DNA from: Thecamonas trahens ATCC 50062
Taxonomy: Eukaryota > Protista > Apusomonadida
DNA length: 19,050 nt
NCBI RefSeq assembly: GCF_000142905.1
Contig: NW_013657599.1
Location: forward strand, 1-19,050
Reading direction: 5' to 3'
Each line of letters starts with the position of its first letter. The stretch's first letter is position 1. The position numbers and the translations under genes were made by a program. Shown piece by piece: positions 18,129-19,050 of the stretch. The notes below the pieces were generated by a model. That model did no database searches. It was not told the origin of the DNA and saw only the letters and a program-made list of their open reading frames with translations.

Positions 18129-19050
18129 TACCTGGTTGATCCTGCCAGTGGTCATATGCTTGTCTCTAGGACTAAGCCATGCACGTATAAGTGTAAGCGA
18201 TTTACAGTGAAACTGCGAATGGCTCATTAAATCAGTAATAGTCTCTTTGATGGAAGCCGCTACATGGATAACCGTAGAAAATCTAGAGCTAATACACGCC
18301 AAGGAGTCATGGCCTAGCATTTTTGCTGGGGCGTGCGGTATTTATTAGAGGCCAAGACGATGGCGCACTTGTGTGTCTTCTTTGGTGAGTCATGATAACT
18401 GTACGAATCGAGGGCTTGTTCGCAAGCGTCGATGGTTCATTCGAATTTCTGCCCTATCAACTTTCGATGGTAAGATAGAGGCTTACCATGGTGGTTACGG
18501 GTGACGGCGAATGGGGGTTCTATTCCGGAGAGGGGGCCTGAGAAACGGCCACCACTTCCAAGGAAGGCAGCAGGCGCGCAAATTACCCAATGGCGACACG
18601 CCGAGGTAGTGACGAACAATAACGATGGGACCCCCTTTGGGGGCCCCAATTGGAATGAGTACAAAGTACAAGCCTTAACGAGGAACAATTGGAGGGCAAG
18701 TCTGGTGCCAGCAGCCGCGGTAATTCCAGCTCCAATAGCGTATATTAAAGCTGTTGCGGTTAAAAAGCTCGTAGTTGGATTTGAGTCTAGTTGCGGCCGG
18801 GCTCAGGGCTTTGACTCTGGGGCGGGCGTGTAGACTGTATGCGCGCGAGGAGGCGCAGGGGAATTTCTCTGCGGACTCGTGTGCTTTACTTTGAACAAAT
18901 TAGAGTGTTTAAAGCAGGCATTTTTTGCCTTGAATACATTAGCATGGAATAACGATTTTGACTGGAGCAGGCATGATGTTGTCTTGATGACTGCGCAGTA
19001 ATGATGGATAGGGACGGTCGGGGACATTCGTATTGCTCCGTCAGAGGTGA
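18129..19050 (+). rRNA. 18S (SSU) rRNA gene, 5' portion, truncated at window end
   Basis: Begins TACCTGGTTGATCCTGCCAG. Contains AACTGCGAATGGCTCATTAAATCAG, GCCCTATCAACTTTCGATGGTA, AAGGAAGGCAGCAGGCGCGCAAATTACCCAAT, GTGCCAGCAGCCGCGGTAATTCCAGCTCCAATAGCGTATATTAAAG and TTAGAGTGTTTAAAGCAGGC. Confidence 0.99.

Noticed and set aside
18437-19027. ORFs within the 18S and possible group I intron insertions
   Set aside because: The ORFs are rRNA translation artefacts. Conserved 18S blocks, including the GTCTGGT|GCCAGC S516 site, are contiguous with no insertion.

Overview
GC-rich, gene-dense eukaryotic (protist) genomic DNA with one 100-N assembly gap. The overall style (GC3 bias, rare introns, GTACGT donor, divergent 18S) suggests an apusomonad such as Thecamonas, but that is inference only. 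Left to right: a Syp7-like Qc-SNARE running off the left edge (-, missed by the ORF track); an F-box/ankyrin-repeat gene (+); a two-exon cortexillin-type CH-CH/coiled-coil/PH protein (+) whose intron holds a poly-G and GAT microsatellite; a convergent SH3/proline-rich protein (-); a carboxylic-acid-reductase-like A-PCP-R enzyme with an N-terminal ZZ zinc finger (-); a single-pass membrane protein (-); a helical-repeat RAP-domain protein (+); decayed gene fragments including a cysteine-type LRR remnant; and the 5' ~920 nt of an 18S rRNA gene. Four genes are broken by five apparent single-base frameshifts, mostly in homopolymers (likely sequencing errors). The most interesting element is the ZZ-fused CAR-like enzyme.
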